A DNA stretch of 64,000 bases. Source: Williopsis jadinii. Its lineage: Eukaryota. A program made the position numbers and the translations under genes. The notes below the pieces were generated by a model, which worked only from the letters and a program-made list of their open reading frames with translations, was not told the DNA's origin and did not search any database. Below are positions 43,824 to 54,987 of this stretch, piece by piece. The number at the start of each line of letters is the position of its first letter. Within the stretch, counting starts at the first letter, position 1. The DNA is taken from assembly GCA_024346625.1 (NCBI GenBank), contig AP024664.1:3844001-3908000 (forward strand). Direction: 5' to 3'.

Positions 43824-46312
43824 ATCCAACTGAGCCTGTACAATGGGTCTTGATTCTTTGTATCATTGAACAAAAGGGACTCATTTTGGCGCATTTTCAA
43901 AACGACCTAGACCCCAGTGGTGTTTGGATGTAAAATTTGGTAGTCCTTAGCTACGCAACCTTTTTTCGTTTTTTTGCTGTCATTTCGGTCTGTGAAAAGC
44001 AAAGTGAAACTAGCACAATATTTCGTCACTGCTTAGGACGTTTAAACCATTCAAAACAAATTAGAACAGTTTTTCGCAATCTGTTTGGAAGTAGTTACTG
44101 GGCTCTTATTCAAAGTAGAAACGTTGTTGTTGTTCTTAGACCGATGTTGATGAATTCACCAGATTTCCATTTTAGGTGTTAAGTAGCAGCATTGTACGAC
44201 CGCAACGTTTGGGTGATCGACAAAGCTGCATTTTATGAGATGGTTTAGACGCAAGGCACAAGCCACAACGGTAGCAAAAGTTATAATTATAATTTGACTA
44301 CATCCTGTGAAAGTTAATGAGAACCATATACGGAGAAAACGGGCACTGGGATTTCATCTGTACATCTAATTGAGACAAGAGGTCATAAATTTGGTGGTTA
44401 TCAGACATACTCATCGGTCTATTATAAGGGAATCGGCTTTTTCCTGACGGTATAGCTTGCTAGTATTGGCAAACTGACATGTTGAAGAACTGAACCTTAC
44501 GAGGACTCAGAATTGGAACCATATGTATTGCTGATACAGTTTATAACGCGAGAGGTTTTAGCGGACCAAATGTACCATTCGTACGACTTGGCCACTGGTT
44601 CAGCTATCCATAGTTTATGGAATAATCTAGTCAACAATGGAATAGTTGGTCCTGATACGCAACCTCTTATCGATTTCGAACATGTTGCCAGCTTGATAGA
44701 TTGCGAAGCACCATTGCCAGATCATCCTCTTCTTACTTTACCTACCGTACATGTGTAAACATTGTTCTTGTATTTCGCAAAAATCCAATATTTGATGACA
44801 AGGGTGTTTGTAAATATTTTGTTGGCAGGCACATGTGTGCTAGCTGTTCACATCTAATGCATAGACCAATAGAACAACTTGTACATACACATGGCTTAAC
44901 AATGTTTGTACTTACGCATAAAGTAATGAAAGGGGTTACTTTCGTGTACACCATGTTCTGTACAGTATGTGGCTATCATTACACGCGTACGTACATTTTT
45001 CCAAGAAAAAACTTTTGAACACGTCCGATAAATTAATTTTACCCGATGCGGTAATTCTTAATATGCAAAACGCGTATCATTTGTAGGGAATATAGGGACC
45101 AGTATCTCAGCTGCAAAATGTCAAACGGTCCATATCATCTTAGAACTGGAATGCACCTGTTTCATCATTTCAATTCAATACCTTGTTGGACTTCTATGAT
45201 GCAAAGCTGCTAATCGTCCGGAATTCTGATCGGCTATTATCACCGCTAGTACAGATTTTGAAAGGTTTCTCATATGCAGCTTGCTTTACAGAAAGCCATA
45301 TCAATACAATTCACAGATTGATAAGCAAGTATTGCTAATGTTTCCGAACGACCATTCCATAAACGTTTTGAGTTGTTTAGTTAATAAGCATTAACTTCCA
45401 TGTGGATGATGTGCTGTGTATGATCTATTTTGCACTTCAAGTGAAATTCACCTCAGGCTCATCGCATACAGCTGTTTGAAACGCATCTCAGTTAAAAGCC
45501 AAGTAACGCAATACCTTGTATGCCTGTGATTTGATTGAACTGTTTAGTCCTACCAAGCCATCATGGTATATCAGGACGACCAAATCATCAGCCACCTACA
45601 AATCTACGGCTCCACGTTACAAGTACTAAGTATAGAAAATCAGGGGCGTTAGTATTAAACTGCACGTGTACGAACACAGCCTACTACACCTGTTCGGTAT
45701 CATCAGGCATGAACAAGCAAATTCCAACGGATTATCAACATAACTCAGTGAGGAGATCCAACCATTAGTCATTCGGGTCAACGTATGCGTAGATTCTTAC
45801 CCAATCTAATAACACCGAAGTTAAGGTTTAAGTTGGTAGTAAAGATTTCAAGTTAATTAGAAGTTTTGGTTAGAGGCTTTTTTTTCTCTTAAGGTTTTCC
45901 GTGCAGCCGTTGCAGCACTCACAGGCGAGCCTTTATAAAGTCATATGGCCGTCACCACATTGCGCATAACTTCGTAAGTTAAAAAAGTTGCGTCATCGGA
46001 CAGTTATGGGCATGGTGTTTCTTATCAATTATGAGAATAGGCTGCCCTGTGCTGAAAGTGTTGATAGCTGATTGGCGTTGAAAGCATTGATAGTCGATGG
46101 TTTAAAGCTAATGTGACTCTATTGATATTGGTAACCTTTTCCGGCATTGAATTCAGCAAAACTTTAACCTTGTGAAGCCACGGGGTTTGCGTTTAGAGTA
46201 CACTTGGCTTGTCGAAACTTCAAAGGCGTGTCTAGCGTTAAAAACTTGGCAATTTCTCAGTAATCACTCCGTTTAGGGGGTTCACATTCACAGAGAAGTA
46301 CGCCTCAATTCT

Positions 46313-46865
46313 CAATGTCTAAATTTCCAGGTTCCAACTCCGCAACTTCCACCTCGCATGTTGGTGCAACTTTTGGATATGTTTTGGAACAAAGTTGCTT
46401 ACTTTCATTCTTGAGGGTGCATATGACTTAAATTCACGTTTGCTGTGTGAAAAATAAATGTTACAGCTATATGGAATACATTTGACATAATGGGTGTGAA
46501 CAAACTGTATCTTGAACTGTGCTAAATACATACACGAGCTTTTCTCTATCAAAATATAGAAGAAAATAGCGATGAAATATTCTTCTCCTGTTTGCAAAAA
46601 ATTTTAAGCATACCTGGTGTGTCTTTAGTACCCAGGTTCGTTGCGGCACTGGACAAGGAACCGTCTGTTGAAAACCAACCCAAGAGTTTTTCTGCATTCC
46701 AATTTCACGGCTAATTTTCTGGATACCTGCGCAAGCGTATTATGACAAGTAAAAGGTCAGAGTTTACATATGATCTTTTGATATGGGGAGTCATGACTCA
46801 TAATAACAAGTCTTGGGCTGATACTGTCATGTATTGCCATCGTTAAGAACTAATCAGCCAATCCG
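46313..46865 (-). ncRNA. Candidate H/ACA snoRNA (snR84-like); boundaries uncertain
   Basis: Minus-strand UCUUAA (46848-46843) and GAGUCAUG (46799-46792) flank a weak stem, followed after 15 nt by AUAUCA (H-box pattern); they complement both sides of LSU U2266. The position upstream of LRE1/HLR1 fits my recollection of snR84. Confidence 0.3.
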
Positions 46866-48316
46866 CATAATTGCTAAAGTCAAGAGTAAAAAAAAACGTG
46901 GTAATCGGTGCCGCCTCTATCAGGCTTCAGAAAAGACACAATCCAAAGTAAAGGTTAAAGCTACATATATAGACCTCATAATGTACTATATACATGCCAT
47001 GAACCGCGTCAAGTGTATTTCCCCAAGCTGTTATGTGAGATATTGGTATATCAAATGGCGTTATTCGCAATGACTACTCTGACTTTAAATAATTGCCTCG
47101 TGCAATACCGCTTCTTTTTAAACTTTGAGAGGAGTACATATATCCGCAGAGGATACCATGTAGTGGGTTGCCACGATAATCCTGAAACTCCAAAGTGACG
47201 ATATTCACACGTTTACTCTTGCTATACCAAATACACGGAGGAAGAAAGAACACACTGCTATATAGCAAGAGCAGTTGTTCTAAACTACCGTTTTATCCAA
47301 ACGTAGGATTTCTCCTTCCCAATACGGTAAAGTAATTCATGCACAGGAGACCCCTTTGTGATGCATCTTCTATGCGTACGTAGGTACATATCTGCAGATC
47401 CATACACATTTGAGTTCCAAACGTGCGCAATTTTCAGGTGGAAGGTGGAAAGTTGGACAATTTCACCCAGAGGTTGGCAGACTTTCACCTGTAACGCGAA
47501 ACGTTATTTGCCCCAATACGGTTATGGAATTTCTCTTTTGAAAATGGAGAGGGCAAACATACAAAAAAACAAGATATTCCTGTTTTTCTGAACTTTTCTG
47601 AACTTTGCTCCCTCTCTTTCATTTTGGCGTACTGTTCACTTCCTCTTATCTCCACCAACCCCATTCTCACAGTTGCTTTAAACTATCATCTACACGGTGC
47701 TAGTGTTTGTCTGGGCTAGTTTCTTCCTCCTGAATTTTTCTTTCTACAAATACTCGAGAAAGAAGGAGGATTTCTTGTGTGGGCCTGTATTTCCATCTTT
47801 TTCCCCCCACCAAGTCGCCGTGATTAATACCCAGCTGTCGTTTAACAGGGGAGAAGGTTTCGCTTCGTCTCCTTATTGATTGTCATTCCTTTGTTTTGTT
47901 TATTGCTATAAAAGAGTATCAAGGAAACCAATACTCTACGGACAAAGTCACTTTCCACTCGCTTGAACACTCGGTGCCCTCTTTATTTCTCCACACAGTG
48001 TTTTTAACCTCTTCCCGTACAAAGTTCAAAACGGTTTTTTCTTTTTCCGGTGAATTGCAACTGCGCGCGCTCTTCTTTTTCTCTCTGTGTGTGCGTGTTT
48101 TTTTGTCCCTTCGTGTCTCTTTCTGTGAAAGTTTTTAGCCGCCTCTGCCGCTATTTTTTTTTTCTTTTGTCCCATTTGTCTGTTTCCATTTATAAATACA
48201 AAAATTTACAGGCAAAGTGTCTTTCTTTCTATTGAGGACAAGTTTACAATCAACGGGACACAAAGATTAATCACAAGGAAGAACAAGACGAAGAAGAAAG
48301 AAAGCTGCTGACCGAA

Positions 48317-49855
48317 ATGTTACAAGCTCCGCCGAGTAAGAGTCCACATACCCGTGGCCATGCTCACAAGCGTTCAGCTGCAATCAGTGGGGACTTTGAC
48401 CTAGACTTCTTCAGAGGCACAACTTCAATATCACAGGCGTTTGAGAAACAAGAGCTCTATGTCCCGGTGACCCCGACAACACATCAACAGGGCATCTTTG
48501 CCACACCAACGAGTCAGATGTCGAGCGTCACGCCTATCACAGCTGCGACTGTTCAAACACCAATGGCTGCTGAGGTTCCTTCCGTCGTGGTGACTGAAGC
48601 GGAGTCCAGTCCGAGACTGACGTTTTCTCCATATAAGGGACATACCCGTCTGAACTCTTGGGCTCATTCTGGTCCTGCTGCTGTGCGGGCAAAGTGCAAG
48701 TCTCCCTACTCGTCCCAAGTTGAGTACAGCTCATCAACGGAGACGTCGCCGGAGACGAAGAACGCAACTTTGAACTATGCGTATGGAGGCATGATGAGTC
48801 CGAAATATGATATTCCAGAGGCCATAATCGATTTGGACCTTGCTTCTGGTGTTTATTTTGATCCAGCTACTCAAAAGCACAATACCAAGATCCAACATAG
48901 ACGTACAGAGAGTGCACCGGAGTTGGAGAACTTCTTCAAGCCTAGTATGAACTTTGGTTCTGGGTCTGCAAGTTCGAGAAAGAACTCTGCTATCTTTGAA
49001 GAGGAGGACGAAGATGACGATGACGATGTTTCAAGCGCAGCTTCCTCAAACCACATGAACAACAATAATAATGGGTTAAACGGCAAGAATATGTCTTCGA
49101 ACTCTCTGAACTCGAACTCTAGCACTGGTGCTAGTAGGTTCTCCCCCGTTTTCTCCACACCACAGTCATCCAAATCTCGTCGTGGTGGTGCTACTGCTGC
49201 TCGCTATCAAAACTACTACAACAATAGTTTGCTATTGTCATCGCATCTTTCGGCCAAGTCGTCCGAGAACTTGAATTCAAAGAAGACTGCGCAGCAGTCA
49301 ACCCCGCATAATTTGGTTTCGACCTCATCCTCATCATCTACTTTGAACTCACCACCAAGGTTTAAATTCGAATCCAGGGTTTACGACATGCCACCCGCAA
49401 CTTCATCGCCAGAGACGAAATCGAAACAAACGCATTCACCAAAGAGATCCCTTACAAACAACAGCGTGAAATCTCACAAGAAGTCTAAGTCGTTACTGAG
49501 CTCAATCTCCCAGAAATTCCGCACAGGTGGTGGCTATAGTTCCCAAGAGAATCTTGTGCTAGACGGAAATTGCGGCACGGACTCCACTGTGGTTCTAAGC
49601 GATGCCGATGAAGGTGCTGATTTCGACGCCCATAATGTTACTTTGACACCACTTAACTTTGGTGAACCAGGTCCAGCTTTAGACTTGACTACGATGACTC
49701 CAAAGTATAATTACGAACTTGATGATACCACAAACAAGGATATAAACTTGTTCAAAACTGACAAGCCGGTGGCTTCAAAGACAAGCCACCAAGAGTCGAC
49801 TAAAAAGAGCGAAAAGAAGCATAAGAGAGGATTCTTTCATTGGATGAAGAAATAA
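48317..49855 (+). CDS. LRE1: Lre1/Hlr1 family regulator of the Cbk1 kinase and cell wall
   Basis: HAHKRSAAISGDF, IPEAIIDLD and HRRTESAPEL blocks in a Ser/Asn-rich disordered protein; follows PBN1 as in YCL052C/YCL051W. Confidence 0.75.
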   Translation: MLQAPPSKSPHTRGHAHKRSAAISGDFDLDFFRGTTSISQAFEKQELYVPVTPTTHQQGIFATPTSQMSSVTPITAATVQTPMAAEVPSVVVTEAESSPRLTFSPYKGHTRLNSWAHSGPAAVRAKCKSPYSSQVEYSSSTETSPETKNATLNYAYGGMMSPKYDIPEAIIDLDLASGVYFDPATQKHNTKIQHRRTESAPELENFFKPSMNFGSGSASSRKNSAIFEEEDEDDDDDVSSAASSNHMNNNNNGLNGKNMSSNSLNSNSSTGASRFSPVFSTPQSSKSRRGGATAARYQNYYNNSLLLSSHLSAKSSENLNSKKTAQQSTPHNLVSTSSSSSTLNSPPRFKFESRVYDMPPATSSPETKSKQTHSPKRSLTNNSVKSHKKSKSLLSSISQKFRTGGGYSSQENLVLDGNCGTDSTVVLSDADEGADFDAHNVTLTPLNFGEPGPALDLTTMTPKYNYELDDTTNKDINLFKTDKPVASKTSHQESTKKSEKKHKRGFFHWMKK

Positions 49856-50213
49856 CTTCCAGATTCCGTTACACACAATTTCTTTCAAAAAGGAAATAGG
49901 CGAACAAACATATGAACACATTTGTACGCAATATTTGCTTTATCATGCATCACATAATCACACCATGCTGAGGCCCACTTTTGATTCCCTTTTAACTATG
50001 CATTTTTTATTTTGATTTTGGAAACATTTTTATTTTCTTTTCCGTTTTGACGTTCTATAACCCGTTGTTGTTTGTTCTTCTGTTTCCTCCTTGTGTTTGA
50101 TTTCTTTTATCAGGATATGTTACCTGCATTACGTTGTATTACGACGTTGCATCACTTAATTTACTACACGTCATGATTATTGTTTTGAGTGATATCTAGT
50201 AGTTATAATTGGC

Positions 50214-52016
50214 TTATTTAGTTGTGCCCTTTATAGTTTGGAATGGTGCTACATCTGATGATGTAGATGTGGCAAGCTTGCCATCACCAGCAGCTGGTCT
50301 AATGACACTGTCCTTGTCTGTTGCTTCACTAGTTGCCTCGACAGTGGTGTATAAGTCAGTATCTGCATCCGTATCAGCCGTCGAACTTTGATTGGAAGTG
50401 TTCTGGCCAATTGTCTTGCTAATAGCACGTCTAGGTTCTGGTGTTGACTCAGCCAGTTTGGCCTTTTCTGCATCTTCAGCTGCCATTCTAGCCCTCTTCT
50501 TTGCAACATGAATCAAGATAAAAGGTGCTAAAGCGTTGGTGGATACAAACCAGGCAATTAAAATGCCAAAATTTCTGCGCATCTTACCTTTATAAACGTT
50601 ACAGAAGATCACCGTACAGAGGTCGTAGGCGTTATGGATGGGCATCGCGTATCCATAACGGTAAAAGTGATTTGACAGTACCATAGCCGATGTTGTTGGA
50701 GCAACGTTGACAACCACTAAGAATAATAACCAACCACCGATCAACGCTGGGAAGTGGAGGAAACAAAGTGATGCGACAATCTCATTTAGTGCAGCCAGTG
50801 AACCGATGGTTAAGTATGCAACAGCCCATAATACTAAAGCACCAGAACGACCAAAGGCAGCTTTGTAAGTGACACCAAACGCAATGTTTAACACCACGTA
50901 TGCAAGTGATATCGTCAAGTTTGCCATCTGAGTCCAAAAGAATCTGAATAAAAGAAATCTAAGCCCTTTCACGATAGATGCAAGGTATATTTGAATAGGA
51001 ATGGTCATTGTCATGAGAAAAAAGGCAAATATAATAATGTAAACCAAGCCTATTTGTAATGGTGCCATGAGTATCACAGATGCTGGCCTCAAGTCGTTGA
51101 AATTAAACGTTATAGGTTGGGCAAAGAAAAAGGCTGCATTTGGTAAAGAATCCTGAGGCAGTTGAGAAACAAGTCTGTAAAACTGTGTTCGAATCACCTT
51201 GAAGAATATCTGTTCAAAAACGTTCAGGAATGCAACAGTATATGATGAAACAGTGACAATATCTCGTCCTGTCTCGAAGAACACCTCAACCAAAGTACTA
51301 TTCATCATAAAAGAGGTATCATTATTCACAATCGCCTTATAGATCTGATACGTAGCATTCGGTTTGACGTGGAGAACACTCCAGTAGAGTTGATGGTGTA
51401 CAAGTCTAAATATCTCTTCATCAATGGTGTTGTTTCTGTCAGCAGCACGTTGTAAAAACTCATCCCTCGTGACATACTCCCAGCCACCTCTCTGTGCCAC
51501 GCCATCGATGTGGGCAGTTGCATTCATAGATGGTCCGATAATGGGAACAATACCATTGGCAACTTCGTCCTCGCTGACAATGAGCATCTTCATGTCGACA
51601 TATCGGTACTGTCTATTGTAGTATGTCCCCCACATGAAACCTAGAGCAACAATCAGGATGACACTAACCAACAGGTAATTTCTAACAAATATCGAATATA
51701 CCTTTATCCTCTCTCTTTTGAATTCATCATCATACCAACCAAACTTTTCAATTCTCTGTCGACTATTTCTAATGGTCCTTGAAATCGTTGAGCGACGTCT
51801 CTGTATAAGTGCAGGGGGTGGAGCCTGTTCTTCAAGATTGGAATCGGCCTGTAAAGGACGTACCTCATCCCATTCTTCACGAGTGCCGGTAATAGCCCTT
51901 GAAATGACGTTTGAGAGTATTGGGTCATCGCGTAGGATTTCCCCTTCGATTATATCTGGTGCCAGGCTTGTAATCTCATCTGCTTCCGATGTTCTAGAGT
52001 TTCTTAACTGTGCCAT
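50214..52016 (-). CDS. SNG1: SNG1/YJR015W family multi-pass membrane protein, copy 1
   Basis: MWGTYYNR, VHHQLYW, FETGRD, AFGRSG and FYRYGYAMPIHN motifs; first ATG at 52016. Confidence 0.85.
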   Translation of the reverse strand: MAQLRNSRTSEADEITSLAPDIIEGEILRDDPILSNVISRAITGTREEWDEVRPLQADSNLEEQAPPPALIQRRRSTISRTIRNSRQRIEKFGWYDDEFKRERIKVYSIFVRNYLLVSVILIVALGFMWGTYYNRQYRYVDMKMLIVSEDEVANGIVPIIGPSMNATAHIDGVAQRGGWEYVTRDEFLQRAADRNNTIDEEIFRLVHHQLYWSVLHVKPNATYQIYKAIVNNDTSFMMNSTLVEVFFETGRDIVTVSSYTVAFLNVFEQIFFKVIRTQFYRLVSQLPQDSLPNAAFFFAQPITFNFNDLRPASVILMAPLQIGLVYIIIFAFFLMTMTIPIQIYLASIVKGLRFLLFRFFWTQMANLTISLAYVVLNIAFGVTYKAAFGRSGALVLWAVAYLTIGSLAALNEIVASLCFLHFPALIGGWLLFLVVVNVAPTTSAMVLSNHFYRYGYAMPIHNAYDLCTVIFCNVYKGKMRRNFGILIAWFVSTNALAPFILIHVAKKRARMAAEDAEKAKLAESTPEPRRAISKTIGQNTSNQSSTADTDADTDLYTTVEATSEATDKDSVIRPAAGDGKLATSTSSDVAPFQTIKGTTK

Positions 52017-52644
52017 CAATAATTCAAAAGTGGATCTATAAGTGCTGTTAAGGTGTCTCTATTTACAGATACCTGACTGCCAGCTTGTAACTTGAGGGGA
52101 GGTAATACTTCAACGATAAACAAGGAGAGAAACTGCTTGATGACGGAAAACTAACCAAGGGGGAAAAGCACAAAAAAGAAGAGCCAGATGCGCACGCAGT
52201 CCCGCAAGATTTACAATTAATAAAAGTTGTACACGATTCATAGAACTGTGAAATTAGACGCTCCCACTTCTTACATTCATACGTCTCGTAACAGCCGTCA
52301 CACTGATAAATATGCACTATGACGCATATTGAAGATAATCCATCAACTGTTCTACGTGAGTTTTATGCATAAGGCTGGACTGTTATTTCTAAACTATGCT
52401 TGTTACCATGGAAACACACTTTACTGTCGACTAAAAAAATATATCAATAGGGGGGGGGGAAAGCAACTATGTGAAGCTATGTGGAGAGGTCTCCCTGGGT
52501 TGGTTGAGTATTTTTATCCTGTGAAAGATACTTCGGAGCGTGTGGGAATTTTTTTGTTCTGGGAGGATATGATTGTTATTGCACTGAGTGCCTGGTTGAT
52601 TAAGAATTGGAACACTCATTTGAAGATTAGTGTGTTTTGTATAA

Positions 52645-54294
52645 ATGAGCGATCGTGCACCAATATCACGTCGTGGAGCATCTTTAGACGATGCTAACGG
52701 CCACAACTTCAATACAAAGGAAGACCATGATTTCACTGGCGCCTCTATGCTGCCTAGTGACTTGTCTCGTCAGAACACATGGAATCTTCCGATAATAAGA
52801 AGAACTTCAACTTTTAGGGCACCTCCAATTAACGAGGAAAGCAATGGAGAAACACAATCTGCAGAGGATACAAGCAAGGCAGAAGTTACTGATGATAGCC
52901 CAGTAAGCACAACAGCACCGGCATCGAGTTTGTCCCAGAAGGTGCCTGCTGAAGAGACATCACAAGAACCTACACAAGAAGAAAAGGCCATTGCCAAAAG
53001 CAGCACTCGAAAGGGCATGAGGAAAGTACGTTGGCTATTCATCAAAGAGTTTCTAATCATTTTTGTAGCGTTTATCGGTATTTTATCCATTTACTGGGGA
53101 TCGTGGTACGATCGAAGGGAGAATATGCATCGGCTTTCATATTTAGTTGCTCTTGATGAAGCTGGTGAAGCTCAATCGCTTATATCAGACACCATCAGAG
53201 AAGTGTTCCAATCCCGTGAGGCCAGAACAATCGGAACGTTCCATTTCCCAAACATGACCGAGTTTAGAGAACTTGCTGAGCAAAACAACAGATCAACATG
53301 GGATGAGGTTGTCCATAGAGTACACCAGCAGTACCATTGGGGTGGTATCTATGTACCAAGAAATGCCACTGCTTCGTATTTGGAATCATTAAGGACTTTA
53401 AGACCATATAACGATACAGTTAGATTCGTCTATGAAACGGCAAGATCGCCAACAAGTGTCGGCAGCTATGTCGTTATTCCTATTAGAAGAGTCCAAAATG
53501 GTTTCGTTCAACAGTCTCAAAGAAGTGTGGTTTCACCCCTAGTGGAAACCCTCTCTGATGATGAGTACCATAGCCTCATGACAAATGGAACCGATTTGTT
53601 GTCTTCGTTATGGTTTACCATGATAGACAATAGAGCCTATGACTTTCCTGGGTTAATAGGACCTATACTTATCGGGCTCATATATCTCGTTGTGATCTCA
53701 TTCCATCAGTTTAACTTTGCCTCTGATACCCATGAGCTCATGCAAACCAAACTGAGGTTGAAGGATTACGTTGTCTATCACATGATAACGTCGCACGTAT
53801 CATATTTGGTTATCTCCTTAACTTACTGCCTAATGATATTGGCCTTTCAGATGCCTTACACGAGAACATTTGGACGTTCTGGATTCTTGGTATGTTGGGC
53901 ATTTGTATACCTCACCACTGCTGCTTTTGGTGGTGCCAACGAGAACGCAGCATTGCAAATCTTTGCAAGAAACAAACCATTGATTGGTCTTTGGATTGTT
54001 TTATTCATGGTTGCAAACCTGGCTCCGGTCTTCTCTCCAATGGCCTTGACCAATAGGTTCTACAGGTACGGGTATGCAATGCCAATGCACTGTGGAAACG
54101 AGCTTCTAACTGTTGCGCTGCTAAACACGACGAAGAGACATGTAGGATGGAATATTGCTATTCTCCTTGCATGGATCTTGGTTACTAACGCAATATTGCC
54201 CTTCAACTTGAGAAATATCAAGAATTATAAGAGAGGTGTTGAAGAGAAGGCACGTCTTGCGCTGGAGTCCCAGAGACAAGCTCAGAAGTCATAA
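52645..54294 (+). CDS. SNG1: SNG1/YJR015W family multi-pass membrane protein, copy 2
   Basis: IYWGSWYDR, VHQQYHW, YETARS, TFGRSGF and FYRYGYAMPMH motifs. Confidence 0.85.
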   Translation: MSDRAPISRRGASLDDANGHNFNTKEDHDFTGASMLPSDLSRQNTWNLPIIRRTSTFRAPPINEESNGETQSAEDTSKAEVTDDSPVSTTAPASSLSQKVPAEETSQEPTQEEKAIAKSSTRKGMRKVRWLFIKEFLIIFVAFIGILSIYWGSWYDRRENMHRLSYLVALDEAGEAQSLISDTIREVFQSREARTIGTFHFPNMTEFRELAEQNNRSTWDEVVHRVHQQYHWGGIYVPRNATASYLESLRTLRPYNDTVRFVYETARSPTSVGSYVVIPIRRVQNGFVQQSQRSVVSPLVETLSDDEYHSLMTNGTDLLSSLWFTMIDNRAYDFPGLIGPILIGLIYLVVISFHQFNFASDTHELMQTKLRLKDYVVYHMITSHVSYLVISLTYCLMILAFQMPYTRTFGRSGFLVCWAFVYLTTAAFGGANENAALQIFARNKPLIGLWIVLFMVANLAPVFSPMALTNRFYRYGYAMPMHCGNELLTVALLNTTKRHVGWNIAILLAWILVTNAILPFNLRNIKNYKRGVEEKARLALESQRQAQKS

Positions 54295-54376
54295 GACAAG
54301 TACAAATATAGAGCAAGAAAAAACACAAAATACGTCTCTATATAACATTACTATGGTATTACACATCATGAAATCA

Positions 54377-54742
54377 TCAACGACCTTCCTTGAGTAGCTT
54401 GTTTCTCTTCTCCTTCTTGCGCATTCTCTCAACCTTCTTCGCATGCATCTTAGCAGCAAGTCTTTCATATCTCTCCTTTTCAGCTTGTTTCTCCCTTCTA
54501 TCTTTAATCGTCTGGACCCTCTGCTTTCTCTCGTTCTCTTTTTCTTCCTTCAACTCTTTGATTTTGGCCTTCACCTGTTGGTCTTTGAGCCTCTGCTCTT
54601 GCTTCTTGGCCCACGATGACTTCACTCCTAATGACTTTACACGGAAGGCATCCTTCTCAACTTTCCACCCCTTCTTGCTGACCCTTTCACCCTTCACAGG
54701 CTTGGTCTCCTGTGCCACAAGTTTATCCTCTGATACAGCCAT
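54377..54742 (-). CDS. CGR1: Nucleolar 60S biogenesis protein Cgr1
   Basis: KGERVSKKGWK and EKERYERLAAKMHAKKVER...KRNKLLKE; ATG 54742; RRPE AAAATTTTCA at 54808-54817. Confidence 0.93.
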   Translation of the reverse strand: MAVSEDKLVAQETKPVKGERVSKKGWKVEKDAFRVKSLGVKSSWAKKQEQRLKDQQVKAKIKELKEEKENERKQRVQTIKDRREKQAEKERYERLAAKMHAKKVERMRKKEKRNKLLKEGR

Positions 54743-54987
54743 CTCCACCAGTTTGATGACTTCACAACCTCGTTTCTAAGTTATGTGTCAATGAGACATT
54801 GGGCCTTAAAATTTTCAGGCCCAGCCTAAGTAGGAAGGAAAAAAAAATATTTCCGACATCAACATCGGAATTGACCGCTAATAACTACATCCAATACAAA
54901 ACAAACGAATAAATAGGGAAATATGTATACGCTCTTCTCGTTATAAAAGTTCTCTGTATTTGATACCTATGGCAGTTGTGCAAGCCA

